From Bacteriovoracaceae bacterium (lineage in GTDB: Bacteria; Bdellovibrionota; Bacteriovoracia; Bacteriovoracales; Bacteriovoracaceae): DNA of 64,000 nt. Every line of letters begins with the position of its first letter. Position 1 is the stretch's first letter. Of this stretch, positions 19,162 to 29,431 are shown in pieces. The notes below the pieces were generated by a model. That model was not told where the DNA came from, did not search any database, and saw nothing but the letters and a program-made list of their open reading frames with translations. The DNA lies in NCBI GenBank assembly GCA_018649885.1, contig JABIHA010000138.1:1-64000 (forward strand). The letters are read 5' to 3'. A program made the translations under genes and the position numbers.

Positions 19162-20133
19162 GTGGGAAATTATATAACCAGGCGATTATTTCAGATGGTA
19201 TTAGTCCTGATACTTCTGTCTTTTGTTTGTTATGGATTGATGAGTTTGATGCCAGGTGACCCACTTGATATCATGATTAGCTCTAATCCAAAAATAACTA
19301 GCGAAGATATCGTAAGACTCAAGGCCGTTTATGGCCTTGATCAACCGATGTATATGAGATACTGGGCCTGGCTCACAGATATCCTTTCAGGGGATTTTGG
19401 TTACTCTAGAACTTACAAGGTCCCAACGACCACGATTTTAGTGCCAAGACTTTTTAATACCTTCGTCCTAACCATGACTGCTTTGATTCTCTCTTTAATG
19501 ATATCCATTCCCATTGGAATAATTTCTGCTTTAAAAAAGGGATCCAAATTTGATTACTTCACAAATCTTTTGGCCTTTGCTGGGATTTCTATCCCCTCAT
19601 TCTTTTTAGCAATCATTTTAATTATCATTTTTGCCGTTTGGCTTGAATGGTTCCCTGCCGGAGGCACAGAGTCAGTGGGAGAAGCCTCTTTAACAGGGAT
19701 GGCCTATGCTAAAGATCGAATACACTATCTGGTTTTGCCAGTGGTATCCCTCATGGTACTTCAAATAGGAACCTTTGTTCGCTATACAAGATCTGCCATG
19801 ATGGAAGTATTGGGACAAGATTATATTCGAACTGCAAGAGCAAAGGGGATTAAACAAAACAAAATTGTTTACCTTCACGCTCTGAAAAATGCACTGATTC
19901 CTCTTATTACTGTCATATCGATTAGCTTTTCTTTCATTTTCTCAGGAGCAATTATCACAGAGACGATTTTTGCCTATCAAGGTGTGGGACGGCTGGTATA
20001 TGACTCTATTATGGGAAATGACTACAACGTGGCGATGATCGCCTTTATTATATCAATCGCAATGGTGCTGATTATGAATTTGGTAGCTGATATTTTGTAT
20101 GCAGTAGTTGACCCAAGAATAAGTTATAAGTAG
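19162..20133 (+). CDS. oppB: Peptide ABC transporter permease
   Basis: PGDP, GDFGYS, DYIRTARAKG, DPRI. Confidence 0.93.
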   Translation: MGNYITRRLFQMVLVLILLSFVCYGLMSLMPGDPLDIMISSNPKITSEDIVRLKAVYGLDQPMYMRYWAWLTDILSGDFGYSRTYKVPTTTILVPRLFNTFVLTMTALILSLMISIPIGIISALKKGSKFDYFTNLLAFAGISIPSFFLAIILIIIFAVWLEWFPAGGTESVGEASLTGMAYAKDRIHYLVLPVVSLMVLQIGTFVRYTRSAMMEVLGQDYIRTARAKGIKQNKIVYLHALKNALIPLITVISISFSFIFSGAIITETIFAYQGVGRLVYDSIMGNDYNVAMIAFIISIAMVLIMNLVADILYAVVDPRISYK

Positions 20134-20143
20134 GGAGAGAGAA

Positions 20144-21379
20144 TTGTCGACCGAGGTGTTAAATTCAGCGCAAATGAATAGGATCAAAGATTCTAAGGAT
20201 AGTAGCGCAACTGACTCCAAATCAATGTCTCAAATTGTGTTCTCACAATTTATAGAGCATAAGTTTGCTCTTGCAGGACTTTTTACTATCACGGTTTTTA
20301 TGTTGATTGGGATTTTTGCACCTGTGATTTCAGGGCTGACTGGACTTGACCCCAATGTCCAAGACGTTTTTAATCGCTACAAGCCAGCTCTTTCAACCAT
20401 CTCATATAGCTCTGATCGTATGGACTATGAAATGGAGAAACTATCTGATCAAAATCCACTAATTAGTGACAAAATTAAAACCTACTTGCAGTCTGCTGGG
20501 CCTGCCATAAACTCTGAAGTCGATTTTAGTCTCTCCACCGATGAGTTTTTAGTGGATCTCAATGGACTTTTAAATGAAGAGCCAGAAATCTTAGAAAAAT
20601 TTAAAACTCTTAAAAATCCTGAGATTCAAAGACTATTGAAATTGAGAGAAAGTTTTAAAACAACTCATCTTCTGGGAACTGATGAACTCGGTAGAGACGT
20701 TTTGATTAGGCTTGTTTATGGAACGAGAGTTTCCATAGGAGTGGGTCTCTTAGTGGCCTTTGCTAGTGCCATTATTGGACTTTTTATTGGCTCTCTTGCC
20801 GGATACTATGGCGGGGTTATCGATACTCTTTTAATGCGAGTGACTGATTCTCTTTTGAGCCTTCCCCTACTTCCTGTACTGATAATCTTTGCGGCAGTAG
20901 ACCTTAAAAAAGTACCACTACTAAACTTCTTTGAAGGAAGTGAACAAGAGAGCGTTTTTAAACTCATTGCAATTCTTTGTCTCTTTTCTTGGATGACAGT
21001 GGCAAGACTTGTGAGGGGAAGTATTCTATCCATTAAAGAGCAAGAATTTATTCAAGCAGCAAAAACTCTGGGTGCTCGTGATCATATCATTATTATCAAG
21101 CACATCATCCCCAATGTCATCGCCCCACTTCTTGTGAGTGTGACTCTCAATATAGGAAATTCTATACTATCAGAGGCAGCACTTGGCTTTCTGGGGCTGG
21201 GAATTCAACCTCCTATTCCCAGTTGGGGAAATATGCTCAACAACGCTCAAGAGCTAATCTATCGTGCTCCACTGCTGGCGATCTTGCCAGGATTTTTGAT
21301 CCTAGTGGTAGTTATCTCATTTAATTTCTTTGGTGATGGGTTGCAAGACGCCGTTGATCCTAAATCAATTAGAAGATAG
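20144..21379 (+). CDS. oppC: Peptide ABC transporter permease with periplasmic insertion
   Basis: HLLGTDELGRD, EFIQAAKTLGA, PSWG, GDGLQDAVDP. Confidence 0.92.
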   Translation: MSTEVLNSAQMNRIKDSKDSSATDSKSMSQIVFSQFIEHKFALAGLFTITVFMLIGIFAPVISGLTGLDPNVQDVFNRYKPALSTISYSSDRMDYEMEKLSDQNPLISDKIKTYLQSAGPAINSEVDFSLSTDEFLVDLNGLLNEEPEILEKFKTLKNPEIQRLLKLRESFKTTHLLGTDELGRDVLIRLVYGTRVSIGVGLLVAFASAIIGLFIGSLAGYYGGVIDTLLMRVTDSLLSLPLLPVLIIFAAVDLKKVPLLNFFEGSEQESVFKLIAILCLFSWMTVARLVRGSILSIKEQEFIQAAKTLGARDHIIIIKHIIPNVIAPLLVSVTLNIGNSILSEAALGFLGLGIQPPIPSWGNMLNNAQELIYRAPLLAILPGFLILVVVISFNFFGDGLQDAVDPKSIRR

Positions 21380-21388
21380 AGCAGAAAC

Positions 21389-21862
21389 TTATTTTAACCC
21401 ACTGGACTTTAGTGCCATCTCTATTAGATCTTTTGCTAGGAAATATCCATTTGGTGGTTTTTGTTTGCGACACTTTCCGGGATGAATACAAGATTTGACA
21501 GGCTTTGATAGTGGCAGTTGAATATCCCACTTCTTCTTTTTATTCACCCAAAGATCCAATTTCCCAAATGTCACTGAAGGGCTTGGGAAGTAAGACATGG
21601 GATCTCTTAGTGTAAGTACATCAGTGTGTTTTTTAGAAAAATCTAGACAGATCTTTTGATCAAGCTGCTCTTTAAATTCTTTCCCTGTTTCTTTAACTGT
21701 TAGCTGACATTTCTTCTTAGTTGATTTGAGCTTGACTTCAACCAAAGGCCATCTCTTTTTTCCACTTAGTTTTAGTTCAACCTTAAATTTTGCAGACTCA
21801 TTACCTGCATAGATCGAGAAGGTGAACATAAAAGAAAGTAATACAATCGCTATTCTGGACAT
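21389..21862 (-). CDS. Secreted basic hypothetical protein
   Basis: AGGAGG RBS, ATG 21862 (MSRIA), signal peptide. Confidence 0.7.
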   Translation of the reverse strand: MSRIAIVLLSFMFTFSIYAGNESAKFKVELKLSGKKRWPLVEVKLKSTKKKCQLTVKETGKEFKEQLDQKICLDFSKKHTDVLTLRDPMSYFPSPSVTFGKLDLWVNKKKKWDIQLPLSKPVKSCIHPGKCRKQKPPNGYFLAKDLIEMALKSSGLK

Positions 21863-23118
21863 AAGTAGTGCCCTCCTAGTTTTTTCTTTAGTTCTGGAAC
21901 TGTATTCAAAAGACACTCAAAAGTATCGACAGCATATGGATGAGATGAATCTCTCATTCTATTACAAGTATCCCATGGATGAACATCGCTTATATTTTCT
22001 GCACTCATTATGGCAAAGGCATCGGCCCATGCCTCTTCTAGGTAGGCTCCGGAATAAAAGGGGTCGCAAGTGGTGCTGGAGTAATTAATAACGCTGTAGA
22101 TGCATTCCAGAAAATTGTTATTAAATCCTGTGTCACTATAGAGCCTATCAAAAAAATCATAGCTAGATTGATAGTGGTAAGAGTAACCATACTTTGCTAG
22201 ATTTTGAAATTGTGATCTCGCCTGAAGAACTTTTTTCTTAACTTTTTTCTTTTTACTATTAAAATTTGAATAAAGCTGTAGTTTGATTCTTGAGCAGGCA
22301 TGAGAAAATTCGTGTCTCATGAGACTGTCTGTAGTCTCCCAATAGGTGTTGCCACTTTCTCTCCAAACATAGGGTGAGATTCGAACATGGCCTGAAATGA
22401 TATCCCATTGCTTTTTTAGTTTTCCAATTTTCTTTCGACCATTTTTTCGAAAAGTTTTTTGTATATCATCCATTATTTGGTGTTCTTCAAAATCAAAATC
22501 GAATTGTGGACCTTCAGTGCACTCATCCCCAAGACTTTTATTATCTCTTGCCTCTTCATCCAAGCAAAATCTGATTTCAACCTTTTTGATGGCCTCAAGA
22601 CACTTTTTATCTTCTTCACAGCAATTAACTTCCCAGGTAGAGCGCTTGGCCTGTATGTCTTCAAGTTGTGCAATTTGCTCTTCAGCTGTTGATCGCACAT
22701 ATCCGCTTTCTTCTTCAAACTCTTCTTCTGAAGCCGGGACAAAATTAACATCATATCTATTAGCTTCAACCATGGTGCAACTATCCATATTTTGCCAAGT
22801 AAAACCATTTGTTTCCCATAGCTCTTTACAAAATGGGACAAGCTCATCAGATAGTGCGTCTTTGGGGTATTTTGAAAGCTCGCTACATTCAAAAGTGATT
22901 GGCTCCACCTTTATTGGAATGGCCAAGTTTTCTCCACTGGCAGGACAGCTACTTTTTATAGAGGTTGCACTACTTAGGTATCGAGAAATCCTAGTTAGCT
23001 CCCTGGCACCATGCCTTGAACGGTACTCAGTCCTGATTTTTTTTTGACTAGTATTGTGTGCCTGCAAAGTAGCAGCACCTAGTAGTAAAAAGAAAAATGT
23101 AAGCGCTCTAATACTCAC
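21850..23118 (-). CDS. Secreted Cys-rich protein with gluzincin-like motif
   Basis: Signal peptide; RHEFSH...EEAWAD...SHP. Confidence 0.6.
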   Translation of the reverse strand: MSIRALTFFFLLLGAATLQAHNTSQKKIRTEYRSRHGARELTRISRYLSSATSIKSSCPASGENLAIPIKVEPITFECSELSKYPKDALSDELVPFCKELWETNGFTWQNMDSCTMVEANRYDVNFVPASEEEFEEESGYVRSTAEEQIAQLEDIQAKRSTWEVNCCEEDKKCLEAIKKVEIRFCLDEEARDNKSLGDECTEGPQFDFDFEEHQIMDDIQKTFRKNGRKKIGKLKKQWDIISGHVRISPYVWRESGNTYWETTDSLMRHEFSHACSRIKLQLYSNFNSKKKKVKKKVLQARSQFQNLAKYGYSYHYQSSYDFFDRLYSDTGFNNNFLECIYSVINYSSTTCDPFYSGAYLEEAWADAFAIMSAENISDVHPWDTCNRMRDSSHPYAVDTFECLLNTVPELKKKLGGHYLCPE

Positions 23119-23312
23119 TAACTCGCCCGGTTCAATCTCTTCTCCATATCGAAATATCCGACGATGATAGTGAGTTTAAGATGGTGAAATCTATTAAAGG
23201 GAAATATTCACCCGGTTAACCGAGTGTTTGGGTCGACCAATGCTGTTTCTTGCCACTTTGGGCCAGCTAGGATTCAATATAGTATTAAAGATTTTTATTT
23301 TCTGGGGGCACT

Positions 23313-25580
23313 TTGAAAAGGGTATTCTGCATTGCCTTAGGCTGTTTTATGCTCTTTTCCTGCGGGAAAGACAAGAGCAGTGTTTCTACTCACGTCAATG
23401 TGAAATTTGGCGCGGCCAATGTCACTAGCGGCGGCGGTGTTATCGTTAAAACCGAAGATTCTGGGGGGGCCGGTAACACCTACATCCTAGATGGAACCAA
23501 CTCTGCTGAAAGCATTAACCTCGATTCTGGAGACTGGAGTTTTACAGTTTTTGCATGGTCGGGCACAACTCCTCTGAGTGGTGAAGCATACTGTGGTTCT
23601 GCATCTGCCTTTTTAGAAAATCCAACTGAGACAGTGGATATTTCAGCAAGTGTGGCCGAGTGTAATAATACTGGCTACTCCCAAATCCTTGACGGGGCAG
23701 GCAAGTTCCCTAACCTCAACATGCAGTCTTGCATGAATATGACCAATATTGTTGATTGGGATGATACTTGTGAATTTCCCATTGAAGACAAAGGAGAGGT
23801 TCAAAGTGTTCGCTTTGAAATTGTTGGTGCCAACGGCTCTATAACCTCAGCTTGTTATGGAAATACTGGCTCAGGTAATGATACTAGCTATACAGATAGT
23901 ATCATTGAAGGGATTGATGTCAGGATCCCCTTTGGCAATACAGGTGGCATAAATCTCTACACAGTAATTCATACCTACGCTGATACAACTTGCACAGCTG
24001 CTTATGAGTTGCTCTCTGGAGAATTTCCAAGTGGGTTCCATGCTGGAGAGCTTTTTGGGATAGAAACATATGCAGCTAGCTCAACCTCTATAACCACTAT
24101 CACTTTTGCTGACACTCTTTCGGGTGTGGGCTCAATGGCCTTTACAGCTGAAGTTCCCATGCTACATTGTGTGAGTGGAGGTACTGGTTTGCCTACCCCC
24201 TGTTTTACTGATTACGATCTAGGTGTTTCATACGATAGCGCTGACTATGATTTATATATGTCTTTTAATGGCGTAGGAGCCTGGCATTCAGATGAATCTA
24301 CTAATGCAGGAGACACATCATACGATTTGGGGACAGCTATAGTTAACCCTGATGCTTGTGTTGTAGACAGTTGGACAGGTTTCTCAGTGACTCCTACTTG
24401 TACCTGTAATGGCAATGCTGGTGACTCAATAGGAAGTGTTGTTGGTTGCTCAATAGATGTCCCTACAGAGGCATCAAATTTTGTGGGTGATGGTTCCAAT
24501 TTTAGTATTGATTTTCGCCTTTCTGATGATTCAGGCTCCACTTGGACTTCTTATAGTAAAACGGTCTATGTTTATTATATAAATGTTGAGGCCAATCGAT
24601 ATGGAAAAAATGCCTGGGGTAATCAGCTGGGGAGCGCTTCAGGTATCAACCCTGAAGGCTATTCTTCGTATTCAGAATATAAGCATCGAGGATTTATAGG
24701 AGACATGCAGGAGGTTTTAGGGCCCGATCTTGTATCAGGACTTTTGTACCTGGAAGGAATTAGCAGTTGCACTAGTATTCCCGCTTCAGGGACAGTTTCT
24801 GGCTCGAAAGATTTTAACATGGCCTTAGCTTCCTACACTATGACCTTTGGCACTTCCTCTGACACCTTTCCCTCTGGGGGAATTGGGGGAAATATCACCT
24901 CAGGTGTGACCCTTGATAAGAAAATTGGAGTGAGCTACGTGCTGTCAACTGGAGAGAGTGAGACTTCTTATTGGTGGCTCAACTGCGCCAGTAATGTGGG
25001 GAAGTATGTCGCTTATGAGTATAAGCCTAGCACTGCCTCTAATAACTATAGTTATATAATTTATGACAACAATAGTTTTGCGACAAGTGGAAAGGCCTTT
25101 GAAAGCTACGGTGTTGAGTATTCTTCTACTTCCGAGTATGAATATAATTTCGGAAAAGCAGTAAGATTAAACGATGCCGAGCTGACAATGTACAGTATAG
25201 TAGCAGGTTTATATTCAACTGAAGAGTATGTCACAAGGACGCTCACTGATATAAGTGCTGCTGGTAAAATGAACGCCCAAAATACATTTTCATATAATTA
25301 CGCGGCTGCCTTCAATGACACGACTACAGACTTTGTAGCTGATCCAGATGGAGCGGGAAGTAACTGGTATGCCACAGCTGCCTGCGTTGACCCGTCAACC
25401 TATGCGACTTTAACAGGCTGTAATACCCCTCCCGTAGCAGTTAACTCTGATTTATTTGCAGGCAATATTACTCCTGCCTATGTAGTAAAACTAGTTAAAG
25501 AGGATGATTGTATAGGTGTAAGCACCCCAACTAAAAGTCAGTTGCATTGTGATGTAGAGAGTTTGTTCAATTCTCAATAA
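23313..25580 (+). CDS. Large acidic Ser/Thr/Gly/Tyr-rich lipoprotein
   Basis: Lipobox LFSC; low-complexity, beta-rich, many Cys. Confidence 0.75.
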   Translation: MKRVFCIALGCFMLFSCGKDKSSVSTHVNVKFGAANVTSGGGVIVKTEDSGGAGNTYILDGTNSAESINLDSGDWSFTVFAWSGTTPLSGEAYCGSASAFLENPTETVDISASVAECNNTGYSQILDGAGKFPNLNMQSCMNMTNIVDWDDTCEFPIEDKGEVQSVRFEIVGANGSITSACYGNTGSGNDTSYTDSIIEGIDVRIPFGNTGGINLYTVIHTYADTTCTAAYELLSGEFPSGFHAGELFGIETYAASSTSITTITFADTLSGVGSMAFTAEVPMLHCVSGGTGLPTPCFTDYDLGVSYDSADYDLYMSFNGVGAWHSDESTNAGDTSYDLGTAIVNPDACVVDSWTGFSVTPTCTCNGNAGDSIGSVVGCSIDVPTEASNFVGDGSNFSIDFRLSDDSGSTWTSYSKTVYVYYINVEANRYGKNAWGNQLGSASGINPEGYSSYSEYKHRGFIGDMQEVLGPDLVSGLLYLEGISSCTSIPASGTVSGSKDFNMALASYTMTFGTSSDTFPSGGIGGNITSGVTLDKKIGVSYVLSTGESETSYWWLNCASNVGKYVAYEYKPSTASNNYSYIIYDNNSFATSGKAFESYGVEYSSTSEYEYNFGKAVRLNDAELTMYSIVAGLYSTEEYVTRTLTDISAAGKMNAQNTFSYNYAAAFNDTTTDFVADPDGAGSNWYATAACVDPSTYATLTGCNTPPVAVNSDLFAGNITPAYVVKLVKEDDCIGVSTPTKSQLHCDVESLFNSQ

Positions 25581-26478
25581 GTAGTTGGTCAGCAGTTGAT
25601 TTAACAATTGTTTTTTGATCTAACTTGTCTCTAAAATAACGATAGATATAGCGCCCACTCCACAGAGCTAAGAATCCTTTGAGCAAATTTCGTCCCATTT
25701 CAAAAGAACTTCTCCCGTCGTCAAAGTAGATGGACTTTACAGAATAATTTTGAATTTCAGCTAGCTCGAGCACAAATTGCTCTTTACTTAAAGTGGCCCT
25801 TTTAAGACTTTCTTTTGCTAGATAAGCAGCACTATTAGTAATTCGTCTTGAAGAAATCTCTGCAATTAAATCTTGTCTTAAGCTTGGCGGTAGTTTTCTG
25901 ACAAGTTCCCACTGAGCGCCAATGGCCCGGGTTTCCATTCGCCTAAAAATCAATGTTAAGGCCGGATTACTGGGCATGACTTTAACACCTTTTAGAAATA
26001 AAAATACTGTTCCTTGGGCCCAAAGAAGAGGATTGGTATTTCTATCGAAGGCATGCTCAATTTCGTGGATGGCCACAATAAGATCTTCTACTTTTCTACT
26101 CTCTGTCCAAGGAAAATGAAGTAGATTTTTAAAAGGATCGTAGTGGGCACCACCATGTGAAAGTAAATCAACTGCAGCAGGGTCGAAGGCCGAGTTTAGT
26201 GCACGTTCCATTAATCTTCTACTGATAAAGTTGAGGCTTGAGAGCCGATCTTTAATTAAAATTTCAAAGACCTTTTCTACTTTGTTGTCATTTGGAATTA
26301 ATGAGTTTTGAAAAACCTCATCAATCTTTGACCCAGCTTCAGCTCCAATATTCCATTTTTTAAAATAAATGGCATAGCGGTCCAGTGTAGTCGCTACTTC
26401 TATCACTCTTTCACATTTCATGGACCAGCTCTTATGTGAAAAACACATAAGGCAAATCAATAAAAAGAGTATTCTCAT
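25567..26478 (-). CDS. Secreted hypothetical protein with HExxH motif
   Basis: Signal peptide; AHYDP...AIHEIEHA...METRA. Confidence 0.6.
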   Translation of the reverse strand: MRILFLLICLMCFSHKSWSMKCERVIEVATTLDRYAIYFKKWNIGAEAGSKIDEVFQNSLIPNDNKVEKVFEILIKDRLSSLNFISRRLMERALNSAFDPAAVDLLSHGGAHYDPFKNLLHFPWTESRKVEDLIVAIHEIEHAFDRNTNPLLWAQGTVFLFLKGVKVMPSNPALTLIFRRMETRAIGAQWELVRKLPPSLRQDLIAEISSRRITNSAAYLAKESLKRATLSKEQFVLELAEIQNYSVKSIYFDDGRSSFEMGRNLLKGFLALWSGRYIYRYFRDKLDQKTIVKSTADQLLIEN

Positions 26479-26492
26479 TTTCCCCAAACCAT

Positions 26493-26897
26493 CTATTTTA
26501 AAAGTCTTTTAAAACGATGGCTCCCCTTTATCTTTACTACAGCTTTGATAAAAAGCATGCAGGCCGTAAGTCCTATAATTAAAAACCCAAAAAGCTGGGT
26601 ATATATTTGTCTCGTAGTCAAAAACATTGAGTCTATTTCTGTCTGCTTTTCCATGCAATGAGAAAGGGCTGCACCTGTGGCTGTTTTACAGAGGGATTTA
26701 TTCTTTAAGCTAAAGGAGTGAACACAGTTCTGTCTTATATTGTAGACTTCGATCTCAGAGCAAAGTGATACCTCATTTTTATGAAAGGCCATAGATCTTT
26801 TTTCCTTACTTGGGCTAATCCAAAGGAATGCTGAAAACAGCAGTAAAAAGATACTTGATAGAACCAGGTGACCAATAAAGGATTTGTATTTGCTCAT
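26493..26897 (-). CDS. Two-TM membrane protein with Cys-rich loop
   Basis: N- and C-terminal hydrophobic helices, four Cys in between. Confidence 0.6.
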   Translation of the reverse strand: MSKYKSFIGHLVLSSIFLLLFSAFLWISPSKEKRSMAFHKNEVSLCSEIEVYNIRQNCVHSFSLKNKSLCKTATGAALSHCMEKQTEIDSMFLTTRQIYTQLFGFLIIGLTACMLFIKAVVKIKGSHRFKRLLK

Positions 26898-26971
26898 AGG
26901 CAAACCTAACAAAACTTTTTCACTCTTTAAAAGAAGGTGTATAATTTACAGTGTAAAACTGGAGAAAACTA

Positions 26972-27274
26972 ATGAGATTTAAGGTAGTTATACCCTTTAT
27001 TGTGGTGTTTGCTTGTGGCTGTAATGGCGCCATTGGCAAAAAAGAATGCCAAGACTATGCATTTTCCTCATATAAAGGTTTTCCTCGCGCCGCCAATAAT
27101 TACAAAACACTGTGCAAAGAAATTAAAGTCTCCATTACTCCTAGAGATTGTGGGCGTGCATTTGAAAAGATTCGCAAGTCTGGAAACTTGAGACTTCTAA
27201 AGAATAATTTTGGGGCAGATGTGGTGAACTGCTTTAGTGAAAAGGATTTGAAGCTTTTGGTTAGACAAGAGTAA
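26972..27274 (+). CDS. Small Cys-containing lipoprotein
   Basis: GGAG RBS, signal peptide with ACGC lipobox. Confidence 0.65.
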   Translation: MRFKVVIPFIVVFACGCNGAIGKKECQDYAFSSYKGFPRAANNYKTLCKEIKVSITPRDCGRAFEKIRKSGNLRLLKNNFGADVVNCFSEKDLKLLVRQE

Positions 27275-27336
27275 ATTTCCCCCCAGTTAAAAAAACTTAA
27301 ATGTGCGATAAAATATAGTGTGTCGAGCGTTATGGT

Positions 27337-28185
27337 ATGAAAAAAATCTATATATTAATTGTCACTCTCGTGACCCTAGCTTTGGGTTATGAGTTTCTTT
27401 ATCTAAATCAATTCTTGACCAGTGAGTTTAGTTTTTTGGCAAGTATGAAAGAGAAAGGGATAATCGCAAGCGACGTTTCGCCATCGACCAGATCTGGAAA
27501 ATGGGTCAGCCTATATCTCGGTTGGATTGGATCTTCATTTCTACTAGCACTGCTTTTATATTCCCTGAGAAGAAGAGTTTCAGTTTTTAAAAGTCTAGGT
27601 GCCATAAAAACTCATCTAGATTTTCATATTTTTTGCGGTTTTATGGGAACTGTACTCATTGTCTTTCACGCAAATTTCAAAGTGGGCGGTCTTGTTGCGA
27701 TTCCTTTCTGGACCATGATGATCAGTTTTGTCTCGGGTATTATCGGACGTTTTTTAATGGGACAGCTATCGGTTAAAAAAGAGGATTTAGAAAAAGAATG
27801 TTTAATGATTGAAAGCGAGCTTGAACAATATCCCAGTGTCATCAGTGAATTTGTTAATTCAAAGAAACAATTTATACAAGAATATATTGGGGGACAAACT
27901 GCCAGCATTTACAACGAAGTTTCTATTACCAAAGTATTCTACAATACCTTTTTGGGAGATTTTTATCTCCATATGAAACTCAACCGTGTCCTCAGTGATT
28001 TACCGAAAGACGTGGCGGGAAAATTAAAGCTCTATTCACTGGCCAACCGAAAACTGGCCTTTTACGCACCCACCAAAAAGATCCTCTCCTATTGGCATTC
28101 CTTCCACTTGCCATTTTCCATTGTGATGTATGTATTGGCAATATTACACATAGTTAGCTCACTTTTCTTCTCTGTTGAGATGTAG
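27337..28185 (+). CDS. Membrane protein with putative heme-b His ligands (ferric-reductase-like TM domain)
   Basis: LYSLRRR, LDFHIFCG...FH, WHSFHLPF...LHI. Confidence 0.65.
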   Translation: MKKIYILIVTLVTLALGYEFLYLNQFLTSEFSFLASMKEKGIIASDVSPSTRSGKWVSLYLGWIGSSFLLALLLYSLRRRVSVFKSLGAIKTHLDFHIFCGFMGTVLIVFHANFKVGGLVAIPFWTMMISFVSGIIGRFLMGQLSVKKEDLEKECLMIESELEQYPSVISEFVNSKKQFIQEYIGGQTASIYNEVSITKVFYNTFLGDFYLHMKLNRVLSDLPKDVAGKLKLYSLANRKLAFYAPTKKILSYWHSFHLPFSIVMYVLAILHIVSSLFFSVEM

Positions 28186-28310
28186 TTTCCCCCTCTAGCT
28201 TTAAGCTGCTAAGCAGTTTAGCTAATGAGCTTCAAGTAGATTTAATAATTTTTCAACGACCTCCCTACCAGGCAATATCACCTTGTCTTACAAAATCTCC
28301 TGGAGGAGTC

Positions 28311-28694
28311 ATGAAAATTATCATTCTACTTTTTTTAATTATTGTCTCCCAAACTGCATTTTCTTCAGTTGTTTTAGTTGATTCAGTTTCTCAAAATTCT
28401 TTCATTCACTACTCGAATCCATATGTTTTGGGTGGTCCAGAGGTGACTCAGACAACTTTTCATATTTACGTTGATTCATGTACTCCTTTTAATGAGGAAG
28501 ACTTTAAAGTTGAAGTCACAAAAAAATATTCAGGTCTTCCCGGAACTCTTTTAAAGTTTGTTAGTCTTGAGCTTTCAGACCAAGTAGTTGACTGTATGGG
28601 ACCAACTACTTTACGTAGCTATGAAGTGGTCACTGAAAAACTTAATAAAACTGAAGATTATATTCTAGAAAATAATAAGGTTTTAAAGTTTTAA
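28311..28694 (+). CDS. Secreted hypothetical protein
   Basis: GGAGGAG RBS, signal peptide, two Cys. Confidence 0.75.
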   Translation: MKIIILLFLIIVSQTAFSSVVLVDSVSQNSFIHYSNPYVLGGPEVTQTTFHIYVDSCTPFNEEDFKVEVTKKYSGLPGTLLKFVSLELSDQVVDCMGPTTLRSYEVVTEKLNKTEDYILENNKVLKF

Positions 28695-28771
28695 TCAAAG
28701 CTCCCTTGTTGTTTGTTTGCTAAGCCCTCTCTATAATATACAGACCCTGGTAAATTATAGAGAGGTTACTT

Positions 28772-29431
28772 ATGAGCATTTCCAAAACCATCCCATATCC
28801 AAAAGCAGGAATTCTCAGCTCAATGGTAATCACCCTAGTGACTGCTGCGCTGGCCATAATCGTTGGACTTTTTGTACCTGTGCTTGCTCAGAGATTTAAT
28901 GCTTCCGCTTCAAGTGAATTAGTAAATAGCTTTTTAATTTCAATTGTCTTAATGGTGGCCCATAAGCTTGAGAGCTACTTTACAAATGAATATGATCATT
29001 GCCCCGTCTACCTCCACGCTTCCACAAAGTCTTGGGGGCAAAAGCCTAGGCAAGCAGTCTTTGTCGGTTTTGTTGGCACCTTTTTGGCCATGGCCTTTAT
29101 TAATTACCTACTAGTTAAGGGACCACCTTGGACTCTTTTGATTCTTGCAGCTTGGGCCTCACAGGGATTACACGAACTTCATCATAGTGCTAAGAGCTTG
29201 GCCCAAAAATCTTATTATCCTGGAACAATTACCTCTATTATTTTCGTAGCATATGGTGCAAGTTCATTTTTCCCTAAGTGGTCGGCCTTAGTGAATACAG
29301 GTGGTCATGATATCACCGCTTGGTACTATGCAGTTATGCCCTTTATTTTTGTGGGATTTTACTTTGAGCATAAATGGTGGCTTAAAAAGAAAGGGCAAGT
29401 TGATTGCAAGGAATTCGTATGTACCAGTTAG
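28772..29431 (+). CDS. HXXEE-like membrane protein
   Basis: Several TM helices; HKLES, HELHH, YYPGTITS. Confidence 0.55.
   Translation: MSISKTIPYPKAGILSSMVITLVTAALAIIVGLFVPVLAQRFNASASSELVNSFLISIVLMVAHKLESYFTNEYDHCPVYLHASTKSWGQKPRQAVFVGFVGTFLAMAFINYLLVKGPPWTLLILAAWASQGLHELHHSAKSLAQKSYYPGTITSIIFVAYGASSFFPKWSALVNTGGHDITAWYYAVMPFIFVGFYFEHKWWLKKKGQVDCKEFVCTS

Noticed and set aside
22397..23047. 216-aa plus-strand ORF and similar antisense ORFs across the window
   Set aside because: Ser/Phe/Leu-rich shadows of real genes on the opposite strand
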